Assembly: GCF_046291545.1 (NCBI RefSeq)
Contig: NZ_JBKBSM010000001.1
Location: 102,900 to 166,899, forward strand
Length of the DNA: 64,000 nucleotides
Reading direction: 5' to 3'
DNA from: Phenylobacterium sp.
GTDB taxonomy: Bacteria; Pseudomonadota; Alphaproteobacteria; Caulobacterales; Caulobacteraceae
The notes under the pieces were generated by a model. That model searched no databases, was not told the DNA's origin, and saw only the letters and a program-made list of their open reading frames with translations. Both the position numbers and the translations under genes were made by a program. This document shows positions 20,253-31,819 of the stretch, in pieces. The stretch's first letter is position 1; every line of letters begins with the position of its first letter.

Positions 20253-21317
20253 GTGGCGATCGCGCCGATCCAGGGCGTCTCCACGACGCTCGTGACGATA
20301 CCGGTCACGCCCATACGGGCGGTGGCGCCGGCCGTGCGCGCCGATGTCGAGATCGCCCAGGCCAAGACCCCGCCGACGCCGGAGGCCGCTGCGGCCGAGG
20401 CCCGCACCCGGGCCGTGGCCGAGGCCGTGCAGACAGCCGCCCCGCGCCAGAGCGCGCTCGCCCCCCTGTTCGCGGACCTGGGCGAGGCCCTGAAGTCGAG
20501 GGCGCTGCCGAGGGAGGTGCAGGCCGCCGCCGCCCAGGTGCTGGCCCAGGCCACGCCGCTGACGGCCCGGCTGGACGGCGCGGCCATCGCCCGCGCGTTC
20601 GCGCAGTCGGGCCTGTTCCTGGAGCACAACCTCGGCGCGCGCCCGAACGCCTCGCCCGCCGGCCGCGACCTGAAGGCCGACCTCCTGTCCCTGCGCGGGG
20701 CCCTGGCCGCCTGGCTCGGCGAGGAGGCGCCCGCCGCCCGTCCGCGCGCCCAGACAGGACCGCCGCCGCCCTTCCGCGGCGGTCCGACCGCGGCCCAGCC
20801 GGCCGTGCGCGCGCAACTGCCGGCGGACGCCTCCCCCACCGCCGTCGGCGCGCGCCTGGCTGAAGACGCCGAGGGCGCGCTGGCTCGCCACGAACTCCTG
20901 CAGGCCGCTTCCCTGCCCGGACGGGCCGATCCGGGAGAGGCCCCTGGCGCGCGCTGGATGTTCGAGATTCCCTTCACCACGCCGCAGGGCGCGCAGGTGG
21001 CGCAGTTCGAGATCAGCCGCGACGATCCCGAGACCGCCGCGCAGCGCTCCGGCCGCGGCGCGACCTTTCGCGCGCGCTTTTCCATCGACCTGGAGCCGCT
21101 GGGCCCCATCCACGCCCAAGTGGCCCTGAGCGGCGAGCGGGCGGGGGTCAACCTGTGGGCCGAGCGGGCCGCGAGCGTGGAGGTGCTGCGCCGGACCCGG
21201 CCGTGGCTGAGCGAGGCGCTGGCGCGGGCGTCCATCACGGCGGACATCGGCATCCACCCCGGGGCGCCGCCAGCCGCCCAAGCCGGGGCCGGCCGCTTCC
21301 TGGACCAGACGACATGA
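20253..21317 (+). CDS. Flagellar hook-length control protein FliK-like
   Basis: Ala/Pro-rich N-terminus, SGLFLE, C-terminal 'WMFEIPF...FSIDLEPLGPIHAQVAL'. Confidence 0.7.
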   Translation: MAIAPIQGVSTTLVTIPVTPIRAVAPAVRADVEIAQAKTPPTPEAAAAEARTRAVAEAVQTAAPRQSALAPLFADLGEALKSRALPREVQAAAAQVLAQATPLTARLDGAAIARAFAQSGLFLEHNLGARPNASPAGRDLKADLLSLRGALAAWLGEEAPAARPRAQTGPPPPFRGGPTAAQPAVRAQLPADASPTAVGARLAEDAEGALARHELLQAASLPGRADPGEAPGARWMFEIPFTTPQGAQVAQFEISRDDPETAAQRSGRGATFRARFSIDLEPLGPIHAQVALSGERAGVNLWAERAASVEVLRRTRPWLSEALARASITADIGIHPGAPPAAQAGAGRFLDQTT

Positions 21318-21580
21318 GCGGCCCTGACAGGCGCACCCTGGCGGTGGCCCTGAAGTACGAGGCGCCGCATGCGCCCAAGGTGGTGGCCGCCGGCCGCGGC
21401 TTCGTCGGCGAGAAGATCATCGCCGCCGCCGAGGCCCATGGCGTGCCGATCGAGAAGAACCCGGCGCTGGCCGAGGCGCTCTCCACCATCGAGCTGGACG
21501 AGGAGATCCCCGAGCAGCTCTACCTGGCCGTGGCCGAGATCCTGGCATTCCTTCTGCGCGCAACACATGCGGAACTTTGA
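21314..21580 (+). CDS. Stand-alone FlhB C-terminal (EscU/YscU-like) protein
   Basis: AVALKYE..APKVVAAG.G..GEKII, IPEQLYLAVAEILAF; ATGA overlap. Confidence 0.88.
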   Translation: MSGPDRRTLAVALKYEAPHAPKVVAAGRGFVGEKIIAAAEAHGVPIEKNPALAEALSTIELDEEIPEQLYLAVAEILAFLLRATHAEL

Positions 21581-21605
21581 AGATGTGCGCCGACTCGGGA
21601 TGGGG

Positions 21606-21620
21606 TTTATCGGGCGTTAA
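21606..21620. promoter_or_regulatory. CtrA-like box TTTA-N7-TTAA
   Basis: One mismatch to consensus; about 40 bp upstream of the hybrid kinase. Confidence 0.35.
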
Positions 21621-21658
21621 GCGGCGACGTACTACCTGAGGGCCGCAGGGGCGCCAGA

Positions 21659-23422
<1,764 letters not shown>

Positions 23423-23502
23423 CCGCACGGGCGCTGACGCGGCCGTCAGGATCGGGCTATCCTTAGCGGGCGCCGCGAAGACGGGCCGCAGGGGGAAGTC
23501 GC

Positions 23503-23856
23503 TTGATCCGTCGTTACGCCATTCTCGTCGCCGCGGCGCTGCCGCTCGCCGCCTGCGCGCAGGCCTCCGGGCCGCCCGCCGATCCCGCCGGCCTGCGCCC
23601 GGCCGATGCGCGCCTGGCTCAGCTCTACGAAGGCTCGTGCAAGACCTGCCACGTCACCGCCGACTCGGGCGCCCCGATCGTGCAGGACAAGGCCGCCTGG
23701 GCGCCGCGCTGGAAACAGGGCGAGGCGGTGCTGCTGGATCACGTGATCCAGGGCTATCGCGGCATGCCGGCCCTCGGCCAGTGCGCGGCCTGCAGCCCCG
23801 ACGACCTGAAGCGCCTGATCCGCTTCCTGGCGGCACAAGAGGAGGATGAGCGATGA
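23503..23856 (+). CDS. Cytochrome c5-like
   Basis: CKTCH heme motif, GMPALGQCAACS, signal or lipoprotein leader. Confidence 0.85.
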   Translation: MIRRYAILVAAALPLAACAQASGPPADPAGLRPADARLAQLYEGSCKTCHVTADSGAPIVQDKAAWAPRWKQGEAVLLDHVIQGYRGMPALGQCAACSPDDLKRLIRFLAAQEEDER

Positions 23857-25259
23857 TCTCCAGGCGAGCGGCCCTCCTGGGCGGCGCGGCGGGCGTCGTG
23901 GCGGCCGGCGCCGGCGGCGTGTGGCTGGCGACCCGCGAAAAGCCCGAACCGCCGGCGCCGCCGAGCGTGGACGGCGAAGGCCGCCTCTTGTGGCGCAACT
24001 GGTCGGGGGTGGAGCACTCCTATCCGACCAGCCGCCTGGCGCCGGCCAGCGAGGCCGAAGCGGCCGAGGCGCTGAAGACGGCCCCCGCCCCGGTGCGCGT
24101 GGTCGGCGCCGGGCACTCCTTCACCGCCCTGGTCCCCACGTCCGGCGCGTTGATGACGCTGGACCAGCTCGCCGGCGTGGCCGGATGGGAGGGGGACGAG
24201 GCCCTGGTCTGGGCCGGCACGCGGCTGGGCGCCCTGGGGCCCGCCCTGGCGGAAAAGGGCCTGGCCATGCCCAACCTGCCCGACATCAACAAGCAGTCGC
24301 TGGGCGGCGCCATGGGCACGGCCACCCACGGCACCGGCGTGAAGCTGGGCGCGATCCATTCGGACGCGCGGATGCTTCGGCTGGCCACCGCCGACGGCCA
24401 GGTCATCGAGTGCGACGCCGAACGCGAGCCGGACGTGTTCCAGGCGGCCAAGGTGTCGATGGGGGCTTTGGGGGTGATCACCCAGGTCCGGCTCGCGACC
24501 TCGCCCAACCGGCGCCTGCACCGCAAGGTCTGGGTGGAGCCGCTGGAGGAGACCCTGGCCCAGGCCGAGGCGCGCTGGGCGGCGCACCGCAATTTCGAGT
24601 TCTACGCCGTCCCCTTCACCGACCTTTGCGCCAACATCACCCACGACGAGACCGACGCGCCCGCCATGGCGGCGAAGGCCTCGAGCGACGACGCCTTCCT
24701 CGAGGCGCTGAGGCAGCTTCGCAACCTGACCGGCTTCTCCACGCCCCTACGCAAGGCCGCGGCCAAGGCGCTGCTGTCGGGGGTGGAGCCCGAGGAGGCG
24801 ATCGACGAGGGCTGGAAGCTGCTGTCGACCGAACGGCCGGTGCGCTTCAACGAGATGGAGTACCACCTGCCGACGGACGCCCAGCTCCCGGCCCTGCGCG
24901 AGGTGCTGGAGGCGATCGAGACGAGCCGGCCGGATGTGTTCTTCCCCATCGAGCTTCGCAGGATCGCCGCCGACGAGGCGTGGCTCTCGCCATTCCAGGG
25001 CGGCCCCCGAGGCTCCATCGCCATCCACGCCTACTACAAGGACGACCACGCCTTTCTGTTCAGCCTGGTAGAGCCGATCCTGCGCCGGCATGGCGGACGC
25101 CCGCACTGGGGCAAGCTGCACAGCCTGAAGGCCGCCGAACTGGCCGCCCTCTATCCGAACTGGAACGACTTCCTGGAGGTGCGTCGGCGGCTCGATCCGC
25201 AGGGCCGGCTGCTCAACCCCTATCTGCGCGCGCTGTTCGGCGTCCAGGCGGGCGGCTGA
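23853..25259 (+). CDS. Tat-exported FAD-linked oxidase (aldonolactone oxidase family)
   Basis: MISRRAALL leader, GAGHSFT, ATHGTG, FNEMEY, GGRPHWGK. Confidence 0.88.
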   Translation: MISRRAALLGGAAGVVAAGAGGVWLATREKPEPPAPPSVDGEGRLLWRNWSGVEHSYPTSRLAPASEAEAAEALKTAPAPVRVVGAGHSFTALVPTSGALMTLDQLAGVAGWEGDEALVWAGTRLGALGPALAEKGLAMPNLPDINKQSLGGAMGTATHGTGVKLGAIHSDARMLRLATADGQVIECDAEREPDVFQAAKVSMGALGVITQVRLATSPNRRLHRKVWVEPLEETLAQAEARWAAHRNFEFYAVPFTDLCANITHDETDAPAMAAKASSDDAFLEALRQLRNLTGFSTPLRKAAAKALLSGVEPEEAIDEGWKLLSTERPVRFNEMEYHLPTDAQLPALREVLEAIETSRPDVFFPIELRRIAADEAWLSPFQGGPRGSIAIHAYYKDDHAFLFSLVEPILRRHGGRPHWGKLHSLKAAELAALYPNWNDFLEVRRRLDPQGRLLNPYLRALFGVQAGG

Positions 25260-25357
25260 CCGAGATTCCCGCCGCAACGGCGTCGATTGCGAATTGCCAG
25301 GACTCGCGCGCGCCGCGAAGGTGCAACCATAGGGGATTGTCCGCAAACGGGGTCGGA

Positions 25358-25972
25358 GTGAACGCGCGCGTAAGGCAGCGGGAGGCGACGCAGGCCAGCA
25401 TTCTCAAGGCGGCGCTGCAGGAGTTCTCGAGCAAGGGGTTCGACGGCGCCTCGACCCGTGAGATCGCCGCCGGGGCCGGCGTGCATCACGCGCTGATCAA
25501 GTACCACTTCAAGAGCAAGGAACTGCTCTGGCGGGCCGTGGTGGCGGAGCTGTTCGACCAGGAGATGGAGGCGCTGGAGCTGCCCTCGCCTGACGATGCG
25601 GCCTTCGCCGATCCCCGGACCTATGGCCGCGAGACGATCCGTCGTCGCGCCCGCTACTGGGCGCGGAACCCCGAGCACGCGCGTCTGATGGTGCAGGAAG
25701 CCTTTCGCGACGGCGACCGGCTGGCCTGGATGATCGAGGAGCACCGCGCCCGGTTCGGCGACGCCGATGAGGCGTTCGTGCGCTTCCTGCAGACACACGG
25801 CCTGGTTCCCGTCAACGCGCCTCTGGCGAGCCTGGTCTATATCATCCTGGGCGCGACTCAGTTCTTCTTCGCCGCGGGGCCGCAGGCCAAGCGGATGTGG
25901 GGCGTCGATCCCGCCGACCGGGAGGTGATCGACCGCCACGTGGAGTCCCTGGCGCAGATGCTGATCCCCTGA
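25358..25972 (+). CDS. TetR family regulator
   Basis: AALQEFSSKGFDGASTREIA..AGV..ALIKYHFKSKELLW; GTG 25358 after GGAG. Confidence 0.88.
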   Translation: MNARVRQREATQASILKAALQEFSSKGFDGASTREIAAGAGVHHALIKYHFKSKELLWRAVVAELFDQEMEALELPSPDDAAFADPRTYGRETIRRRARYWARNPEHARLMVQEAFRDGDRLAWMIEEHRARFGDADEAFVRFLQTHGLVPVNAPLASLVYIILGATQFFFAAGPQAKRMWGVDPADREVIDRHVESLAQMLIP

Positions 25973-25976
25973 CGGG

Positions 25977-26429
25977 TCAGTGGATCGTCGGGGCGGCCGG
26001 GGTGTCGTCGAACAGGCGGACCGGCAGGCTGAGGCCCTCGACGGCGAGCACCGTGTTCAGCGCACGGGCCAGGCAGACCACCGAATCGGCGTCGCGGACG
26101 AGAGGCTCCAGCAGCCGGGCGGCGATGTCCGGCGCGACGGCGCAGACGCCGCAAGCCAGGACCAGGCGCTGCTCGTCGTCGGCGTAGCCGGGGCAGGCGC
26201 CGAGATGGACCTGGAGCGGGCGCCGGCCGCCGCTTTCGACCGCCTGCATCAGGGCCGCGAACAGGGCGCCGACCCGGTCGGAGGACACGCAGGCGATGGC
26301 CTCGCGAACGCTGCGGTCGGGCGCGCGGCGGCTGCAGCGGCTGCGCGCCCAGGCCCTGAGGCCGGCCAGAAGCAGGCGTTCGCCGTCCCACAGTCCGGAC
26401 GGGCCGGGCAAATCGGAACGGGCCCTCAT
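25977..26429 (-). CDS. Hypothetical helical Cys-containing protein (paralog B)
   Basis: ORF with ATGA coupling to the upstream gene; shared ERLLL..LRAW and DEQ motifs. Confidence 0.72.
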   Translation of the reverse strand: MRARSDLPGPSGLWDGERLLLAGLRAWARSRCSRRAPDRSVREAIACVSSDRVGALFAALMQAVESGGRRPLQVHLGACPGYADDEQRLVLACGVCAVAPDIAARLLEPLVRDADSVVCLARALNTVLAVEGLSLPVRLFDDTPAAPTIH

Positions 26430-26920
26430 GCGACCGACCGCCCGGCTGCGACCGCCACTGCACGGGCCTGGGCGGGGCGCGAGCCGACTTCGGCCTGGCG
26501 CAACCGCCGGCCGCTCATGGCCAGGGCCTGGGCGACCACGCCGGCGGCCGCCTGGAACGGGGGCTCTGGCGGGCGGGCGATCAGCCAGGCCAGGCGTGCG
26601 TCGAATCCTGCCTGGTCCCCGGCCTGGGCGTCGGCGAACAGGGCGGCGATCTGCTGTTCGTCTCGGGTCAGGGCCAGCCGGCCGGGCACGCTGACCGCGA
26701 TGCGACGACGGCCGCGCAGGACCAGTTGCTGGGCGAAGACGAGGAAGGCGCGGCGCGCCTCCACCGCCAGGGCGCCGCAGGCGGTTTCGAACTCGCGGAC
26801 CACCACGGGACAGTCGATCCGCCCGGCGACAAAGGCGCGCATGGCCCAGATCACCAGGTGCTCGCCATAGGTGAGTTCGCGCAGATCGCCGGGGGCGGCG
26901 GGATCGGGACGGACGTTCAT
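26426..26920 (-). CDS. Hypothetical helical protein (paralog A)
   Basis: EHLVIWAMRAF...LTRDEQQ; lies directly behind a Fur-type palindrome. Confidence 0.75.
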   Translation of the reverse strand: MNVRPDPAAPGDLRELTYGEHLVIWAMRAFVAGRIDCPVVVREFETACGALAVEARRAFLVFAQQLVLRGRRRIAVSVPGRLALTRDEQQIAALFADAQAGDQAGFDARLAWLIARPPEPPFQAAAGVVAQALAMSGRRLRQAEVGSRPAQARAVAVAAGRSVA

Positions 26921-26932
26921 AGTCTGGCCTTA

Positions 26933-26951
26933 TTTGCGAATGACTCGCAAA
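26933..26951. promoter_or_regulatory. 19-bp palindrome TTTGCGA-ATGAC-TCGCAAA, Caulobacter-type Fur box
   Basis: Perfect 7-5-7 inverted repeat 12 bp upstream of ATG 26920; matches the recalled TGCGA-N5-TCGCA Fur motif of Caulobacterales. Confidence 0.7.
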
Positions 26952-27109
26952 AGCATCCTCCTGCCCTGGGCTCTCGTCAATCTCAAAGACGCGGTCGCAT
27001 GGCGCCGAACGCCCGTTCCCTCGCCCGAAGATTTCCGCTTCGCGTCTGGACGCAGGGCCGTCCCCCTGGGCTAGGGTGGGTTTTCCGCCGCTCCATGGAG
27101 CCCCCCGCC

Positions 27110-29794
27110 ATGCGATCCCGCGACGAAATCCGCCTCCTCGGCCGCATCCTGGGCGATGTGATCCGGCTGGAAAACGGCCAGGCCCTGTTCGACCAGATCG
27201 AGGAAATTCGCAGGGCGTCGGTCGCCCACCACTTCGGCGGCGAGGCCGACGCGGAGGCGCTGGACCGCATGCTGGCGAGCCTCAGCCTGCCGGACACGGT
27301 GCGCTTCGTGCAGAGCTTCGCCTGCTTTTCTCAGCTTGCGAACATCGCCGAGGACCACGGCGCGCGCCGCGCCCTGCGCCAGGGCCGCAGCGACGGCGGG
27401 GTCGACAACCTGAAGGGGGCGCTCGCCGAGCTCGCGCAGCGCGGGTTCGACGCCCGGGCGGTGGCCGATTTCCTCGACCAGGCGCTGATCGCCCCGGTGA
27501 TGACAGCCCATCCGACCGAGGTGCGCCGCCACGCGGTGATCGACAGGGTGAGCGCCATCGCCCGCGACCTGGACGCCCACGACTCCGCCCGCAACGAGGC
27601 GCAGCGCGAACGTGTGGAGCGCGACCTGGCCCGCCAGATCACCATCCTTTGGCAGACGCGGCTCCTGCGCCATGCGGGCCTGGGGGTTAAGGACGAGATC
27701 GAGAACGCCGTCACCTACATGGAGCGCAGCTTCCTGAACGAGCTGCCGGGACTCTATGCGGAGTGGTCGGAGCTGCTGGGCGCGGACCGCCCGCTGGCGA
27801 GCTTCCTGCGGGTCGGCTCGTGGGTCGGCGGCGACCGCGACGGCAACCCCAACGTCACGGCCGACACCCTGCGCGAGGCCTTCCGCCAGCAATCCCGGGC
27901 GGCGATCCGCCGCTATCTGGACGAGATCCACGCCCTGGGAGGGGAACTGTCCTTCTCCGACCGGCTGACGCCGGTGACCGCCGAGCTCGCCGCGCTGGCC
28001 GACAGCTCGGGCGACGATTCCCCGCAGAGGGCGGACGAGCCCTATCGCCGCGCCCTGTTCGGCATGCACCGGCGCCTGACGGCCACGCGCTGGCGGCTGA
28101 CGGGCGAGACGCCGACCACGCGCGCGCCCGCAGGGGTCGTTCCCTACGCCTCGGCGGACGAGCTGATCGCCGACCTGAAGGTGATGCAGGACTCGCTGAC
28201 CCGGGCGCACGGTGCGGTGTTCGCCGAAGGGCGGCTGCCGCGCCTGATCCGTGCGGTGGAGACCTTCGGCTTCCACCTGGCGACGGTCGACCTGCGCCAG
28301 AACGCCGACGTGCACGAACGGGTGGCGGCCGACCTCCTGGCCAGGGCCGGCGCCTGTGCGGACTATCTGGCGCTGGACGAGGCGGCGCGGGTGGCGCTGC
28401 TGGTCGAGGAGCTGCAGAGCCCCAGGCTGCTGTTCTCGCCGTTCAACGCCTACAGCGAGGAGACGCTGAAGGAGTACGAGGTGGCGAAGGCGGCGGCGGA
28501 CATGCGGGCCGCCTACGGCCCCCTGGCCATCGTGACCTATGTGATCTCCAAGACCGACTCGGTGTCCGACCTGCTGGAGGTCTACCTGCTCCTGAAGGAG
28601 GTGGGCCTGTTCCACCCCGGCGAGCCGGCTTCGAGCGACGTCCTGTCGGTGCCGCTGTTCGAGACCATCGCCGACCTGAGAGCCGCGCCGCAGACCATGC
28701 GCGCCTATTTCGGCCTGCCGCTGATCGCCCGGATGCTGAGCGCCCGCGGCGTGCAGGAGGTGATGATCGGCTATTCGGACTCCAACAAGGACGGCAGCTA
28801 TCTGACCTCGACCTGGGAACTGCACCAGGCCTCGATCCGCCTGGTGGCCGTGGCCGCGGACGCCGGGCTGAAGCTGCAGCTCTTTCACGGCCGCGGCGGC
28901 GCGGTGGGACGTGGCGGGGGATCCAGCTTCGAGGCGATCCTGGCCCAGCCGGAGGGCTCGGTCCGCGGGCGCATCCGCATCACCGAACAGGGCGAGGTGG
29001 TGGCCAACAAGTACGCCGACCCCGAGCTGGGCCGGCAGAACCTGGAGAGCCTGACCGCCGGGGTGCTGCTGGCCTCGCTGCGGCCGGCTCGCGCGGGCGC
29101 CGCGCCGCGCACCACCTATGCGCCGGTGATGGAGGAGCTGTCGGCCGCCGCCATGCGGGCCTATCGCGGCCTGGTCTATGAGACGCCAGGGTTTCTGGAG
29201 TTCTTCCGCGCCGCCACGCCGATCTCGGAAATCTCGGACCTGAAGATCGGCAGCCGGCCCGCCTCGCGCACGGCCTCGGCGCGCATCGAGGACCTGCGGG
29301 CGATCCCGTGGGTGTTTTCCTGGGCGCAGGCGCGGATGATGCTGCCCGGCTGGTACGGCTTTTCCGCCGCCGTCGAGGAGACCGGCGCGCCGGTGGAGCA
29401 GCTGGCCGAGATGGCGCACGAATGGCCGGTGTTCGCCACAGCCCTGGCCAACCTGGAGATGGTGCTGGCCAAGTCGGACATGGCGATCGCCCAGCGCTAC
29501 GCCGACCTCGTGCCCGACAAGGATCTGGGCCAGGCGATCTTCGGGCGCATCCGCGGCCGCTGGCAGGCGACCCACGACCTGCTGCTGCAGATCACCGGTC
29601 AGCCGCGCCTGCTGGAATCCAATCCGGCGCTCCAGGCGGCGATCCGCGGCCGCGCCCCCTACATCGACCCGCTGAACCACCTGCAGGTGGAGCTGATCCG
29701 CCGCCGCCGCGGCGGCGACGACGACCCGCTGGTGCACGAGGGCATCCACCTGACGATCAACGGGGTCGCCGCGGGCCTGCGCAACACCGGCTGA
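27110..29794 (+). CDS. ppc: Phosphoenolpyruvate carboxylase
   Basis: TAHPTE, SWVGGDRDGNP, QEVMIGYSDSNKD, FHGRGGAVGRGGG, LRAIPWVFSW, AGLRNTG; start ATG 27110 or 27095. Confidence 0.97.
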   Translation: MRSRDEIRLLGRILGDVIRLENGQALFDQIEEIRRASVAHHFGGEADAEALDRMLASLSLPDTVRFVQSFACFSQLANIAEDHGARRALRQGRSDGGVDNLKGALAELAQRGFDARAVADFLDQALIAPVMTAHPTEVRRHAVIDRVSAIARDLDAHDSARNEAQRERVERDLARQITILWQTRLLRHAGLGVKDEIENAVTYMERSFLNELPGLYAEWSELLGADRPLASFLRVGSWVGGDRDGNPNVTADTLREAFRQQSRAAIRRYLDEIHALGGELSFSDRLTPVTAELAALADSSGDDSPQRADEPYRRALFGMHRRLTATRWRLTGETPTTRAPAGVVPYASADELIADLKVMQDSLTRAHGAVFAEGRLPRLIRAVETFGFHLATVDLRQNADVHERVAADLLARAGACADYLALDEAARVALLVEELQSPRLLFSPFNAYSEETLKEYEVAKAAADMRAAYGPLAIVTYVISKTDSVSDLLEVYLLLKEVGLFHPGEPASSDVLSVPLFETIADLRAAPQTMRAYFGLPLIARMLSARGVQEVMIGYSDSNKDGSYLTSTWELHQASIRLVAVAADAGLKLQLFHGRGGAVGRGGGSSFEAILAQPEGSVRGRIRITEQGEVVANKYADPELGRQNLESLTAGVLLASLRPARAGAAPRTTYAPVMEELSAAAMRAYRGLVYETPGFLEFFRAATPISEISDLKIGSRPASRTASARIEDLRAIPWVFSWAQARMMLPGWYGFSAAVEETGAPVEQLAEMAHEWPVFATALANLEMVLAKSDMAIAQRYADLVPDKDLGQAIFGRIRGRWQATHDLLLQITGQPRLLESNPALQAAIRGRAPYIDPLNHLQVELIRRRRGGDDDPLVHEGIHLTINGVAAGLRNTG

Positions 29795-29800
29795 GCGGCC

Positions 29801-30430
29801 TCAGCCGGCGGCGAAGCTCTGCCGCAGGGCCGCCAGGCTGGTCTCGCGGATGGGCTCGAGGTCCATTTTCGGGTCGATCAGGAGCTGCATGGACAGGCCG
29901 AGCAGCAGGGCGCCGATCATCAGGGCCGCGGCGTCGGCGTCGATCTCCGGGCGGATCGCCCCTTCGGCCTGGCCGCGCAGGACCAGGGACTCCAGCTTTC
30001 GCTCCACCTCCACGTGGGCCTTGGCGAAGGGCGCGCGCTGGTCGGACAGGTCTCCGATCGCCCCGGCCATCAGGATGAAGTAGGCCCGAGCCTCGCCGTC
30101 CTCGGCCAGGTTGCGCAGGAACACGTCGACGAAGGCGAGGATGGCGTCCAGCGCCGGCAGGCCGTCGACGTCGCGGGCGTCGAGCTGGTCCTGCAGGCGC
30201 GCCTGAAGCTGGGCGATGAGCGATTCGATCAGCCCCTGCTTGGAGCCGAACTTCTGCGCCGCTAGCCCGCGGCTGTAGCCGGCCCGCTGGCCGATGTTCT
30301 CGAAGGTGGCCGCGCCGACGCCACGCTCGTCGATCAGGCCGGCGGCCGCCGCCAGCAGCAGGCGCTCGGACTGGTCGCGGCGTTCGGCCTGGGTGCGGCG
30401 GGGCCGTGCGGCTGGACGCGAAGCAGTCAT
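29801..30430 (-). CDS. TetR family regulator
   Basis: RRTQAERR, ATFENIGQRAGYSRGLAAQKFGSKQGL; divergent from the P450. Confidence 0.88.
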   Translation of the reverse strand: MTASRPAARPRRTQAERRDQSERLLLAAAAGLIDERGVGAATFENIGQRAGYSRGLAAQKFGSKQGLIESLIAQLQARLQDQLDARDVDGLPALDAILAFVDVFLRNLAEDGEARAYFILMAGAIGDLSDQRAPFAKAHVEVERKLESLVLRGQAEGAIRPEIDADAAALMIGALLLGLSMQLLIDPKMDLEPIRETSLAALRQSFAAG

Positions 30431-30447
30431 GCGGCGAGCTTACTTAT

Positions 30448-30465
30448 TTGTTGAACGTCCAGCAA
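30448..30465. promoter_or_regulatory. Imperfect palindrome TTGTTGAACGTCCAGCAA, candidate TetR operator
   Basis: Lies in the short divergent tetR/P450 intergenic region. Confidence 0.5.
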
Positions 30466-30528
30466 CTTGATGGAATGCTTCGATCGACGGCCGGCCTGGA
30501 GACCGGCGCGCGCATCAGGGAGCCAGAC

Positions 30529-31809
30529 GTGACCATTCCCCAGGACGTGGCCGACACCATCGTCGATCCGAAGGCCTATGCGGCCGGCAAGCCGGTGGAC
30601 GAAGCCTTTGCGTGGCTGCGGCGCGAGGCGCCGCTCGAACAGGCCCAGCCGGCGGGGTTCGACCCCTTCTGGGTGGTCACGCGCCATGCCGACATCCTGG
30701 AGGTCGAGCGCCAGAACGAACTGTTCCACAACGGCGACCGCTCCACCGTGCTGACCACCATCGAGGCCGACCGCAAGGTGCGCGAGATGATGGGCGGCAG
30801 CCCGCACCTGGTGCGCTCGCTGGTGCAGATGGACAACCCCGACCACATGAACTACCGGCGCCTGACCCAGGGCTCCTTCGTGCCGCAGAACCTGCGGCCC
30901 CTGGAGGCGCGAATCCGCGAGATCGCCAAGAGCTTCGTCGACCGCATGGCCGAGCACGGCGGACGCTGCGACTTCGCCCGGGACGTGGCCTTCCTCTATC
31001 CGCTGCACGTGATCATGGAGGTGCTCGGCGTCCCCGAGAGCGACGAGCCGCGGATGCTGAAGCTGACCCAGGAGCTGTTCGGCAGCGCCGACCCGGAGCT
31101 GAACCGGACGGGGACCGAGGTGCGCGACGCCGACGTCAACACCGGGGTGGACACCATCCAGTCGGTGGTCATGGACTTCATGACCTATTTCAACGCCATC
31201 ACCGAGGACCGCCGGGCCAAGCCGCGCAGCGACATCGCCAGCGTGATCGCCAACGGCAAGATCGACGGCCAGCCGCTCGGCCACCTGGAGGCGATGAGCT
31301 ACTACATCATCGTCGCCACCGCCGGCCACGACACCACCTCCTCGACCACGGCGGGCGCCCTGTGGGCCCTGGCCGAGAACCCCGAGCAGTTCGCCAAGGT
31401 CAAGGCCGACCCCTCGCTGATCGGCGGCCTGATCGAGGAATCCATCCGTTGGGTGACGCCGGTGAAGCACTTCATGCGCACGGCGACCGCCGACGCCGAG
31501 CTGGCCGGGCGCAAGATCGCCAAGGGCGACTGGCTGATGCTGTCCTATCCCTCGGGCAATCGGGACGAGGCGGTGTTCCAGGATCCGTTCAAGTTCGACG
31601 TGCAGCGCACCCCCAACAAGCACGTGGCCTTCGGCTACGGCGCCCACGTGTGCCTGGGCCAGCACCTGGCGCGGATGGAGATGCGCCTGTTGTGGGAAGA
31701 GCTGCTGCCGCGGCTGGAATCGGTGGAGCTGGACGGCGAGCCGAAGAACATGCAGGCGTCCTTCGTCTGCGGCCCCAAGGCGGTGCCGATCCGCTTCAAG
31801 ATGCACTGA
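30529..31809 (+). CDS. Cytochrome P450, CYP108 (P450terp)-like
   Basis: AGHDTT I-helix, EESIR ExxR, FGYGAHVCLG heme motif; 'LYPLHVIMEVLGVPE.DEPRMLKLTQ' recalled as CYP108-like; GTG 30529. Confidence 0.92.
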   Translation: MTIPQDVADTIVDPKAYAAGKPVDEAFAWLRREAPLEQAQPAGFDPFWVVTRHADILEVERQNELFHNGDRSTVLTTIEADRKVREMMGGSPHLVRSLVQMDNPDHMNYRRLTQGSFVPQNLRPLEARIREIAKSFVDRMAEHGGRCDFARDVAFLYPLHVIMEVLGVPESDEPRMLKLTQELFGSADPELNRTGTEVRDADVNTGVDTIQSVVMDFMTYFNAITEDRRAKPRSDIASVIANGKIDGQPLGHLEAMSYYIIVATAGHDTTSSTTAGALWALAENPEQFAKVKADPSLIGGLIEESIRWVTPVKHFMRTATADAELAGRKIAKGDWLMLSYPSGNRDEAVFQDPFKFDVQRTPNKHVAFGYGAHVCLGQHLARMEMRLLWEELLPRLESVELDGEPKNMQASFVCGPKAVPIRFKMH

Positions 31810-31819
31810 GGCGGCGCGC

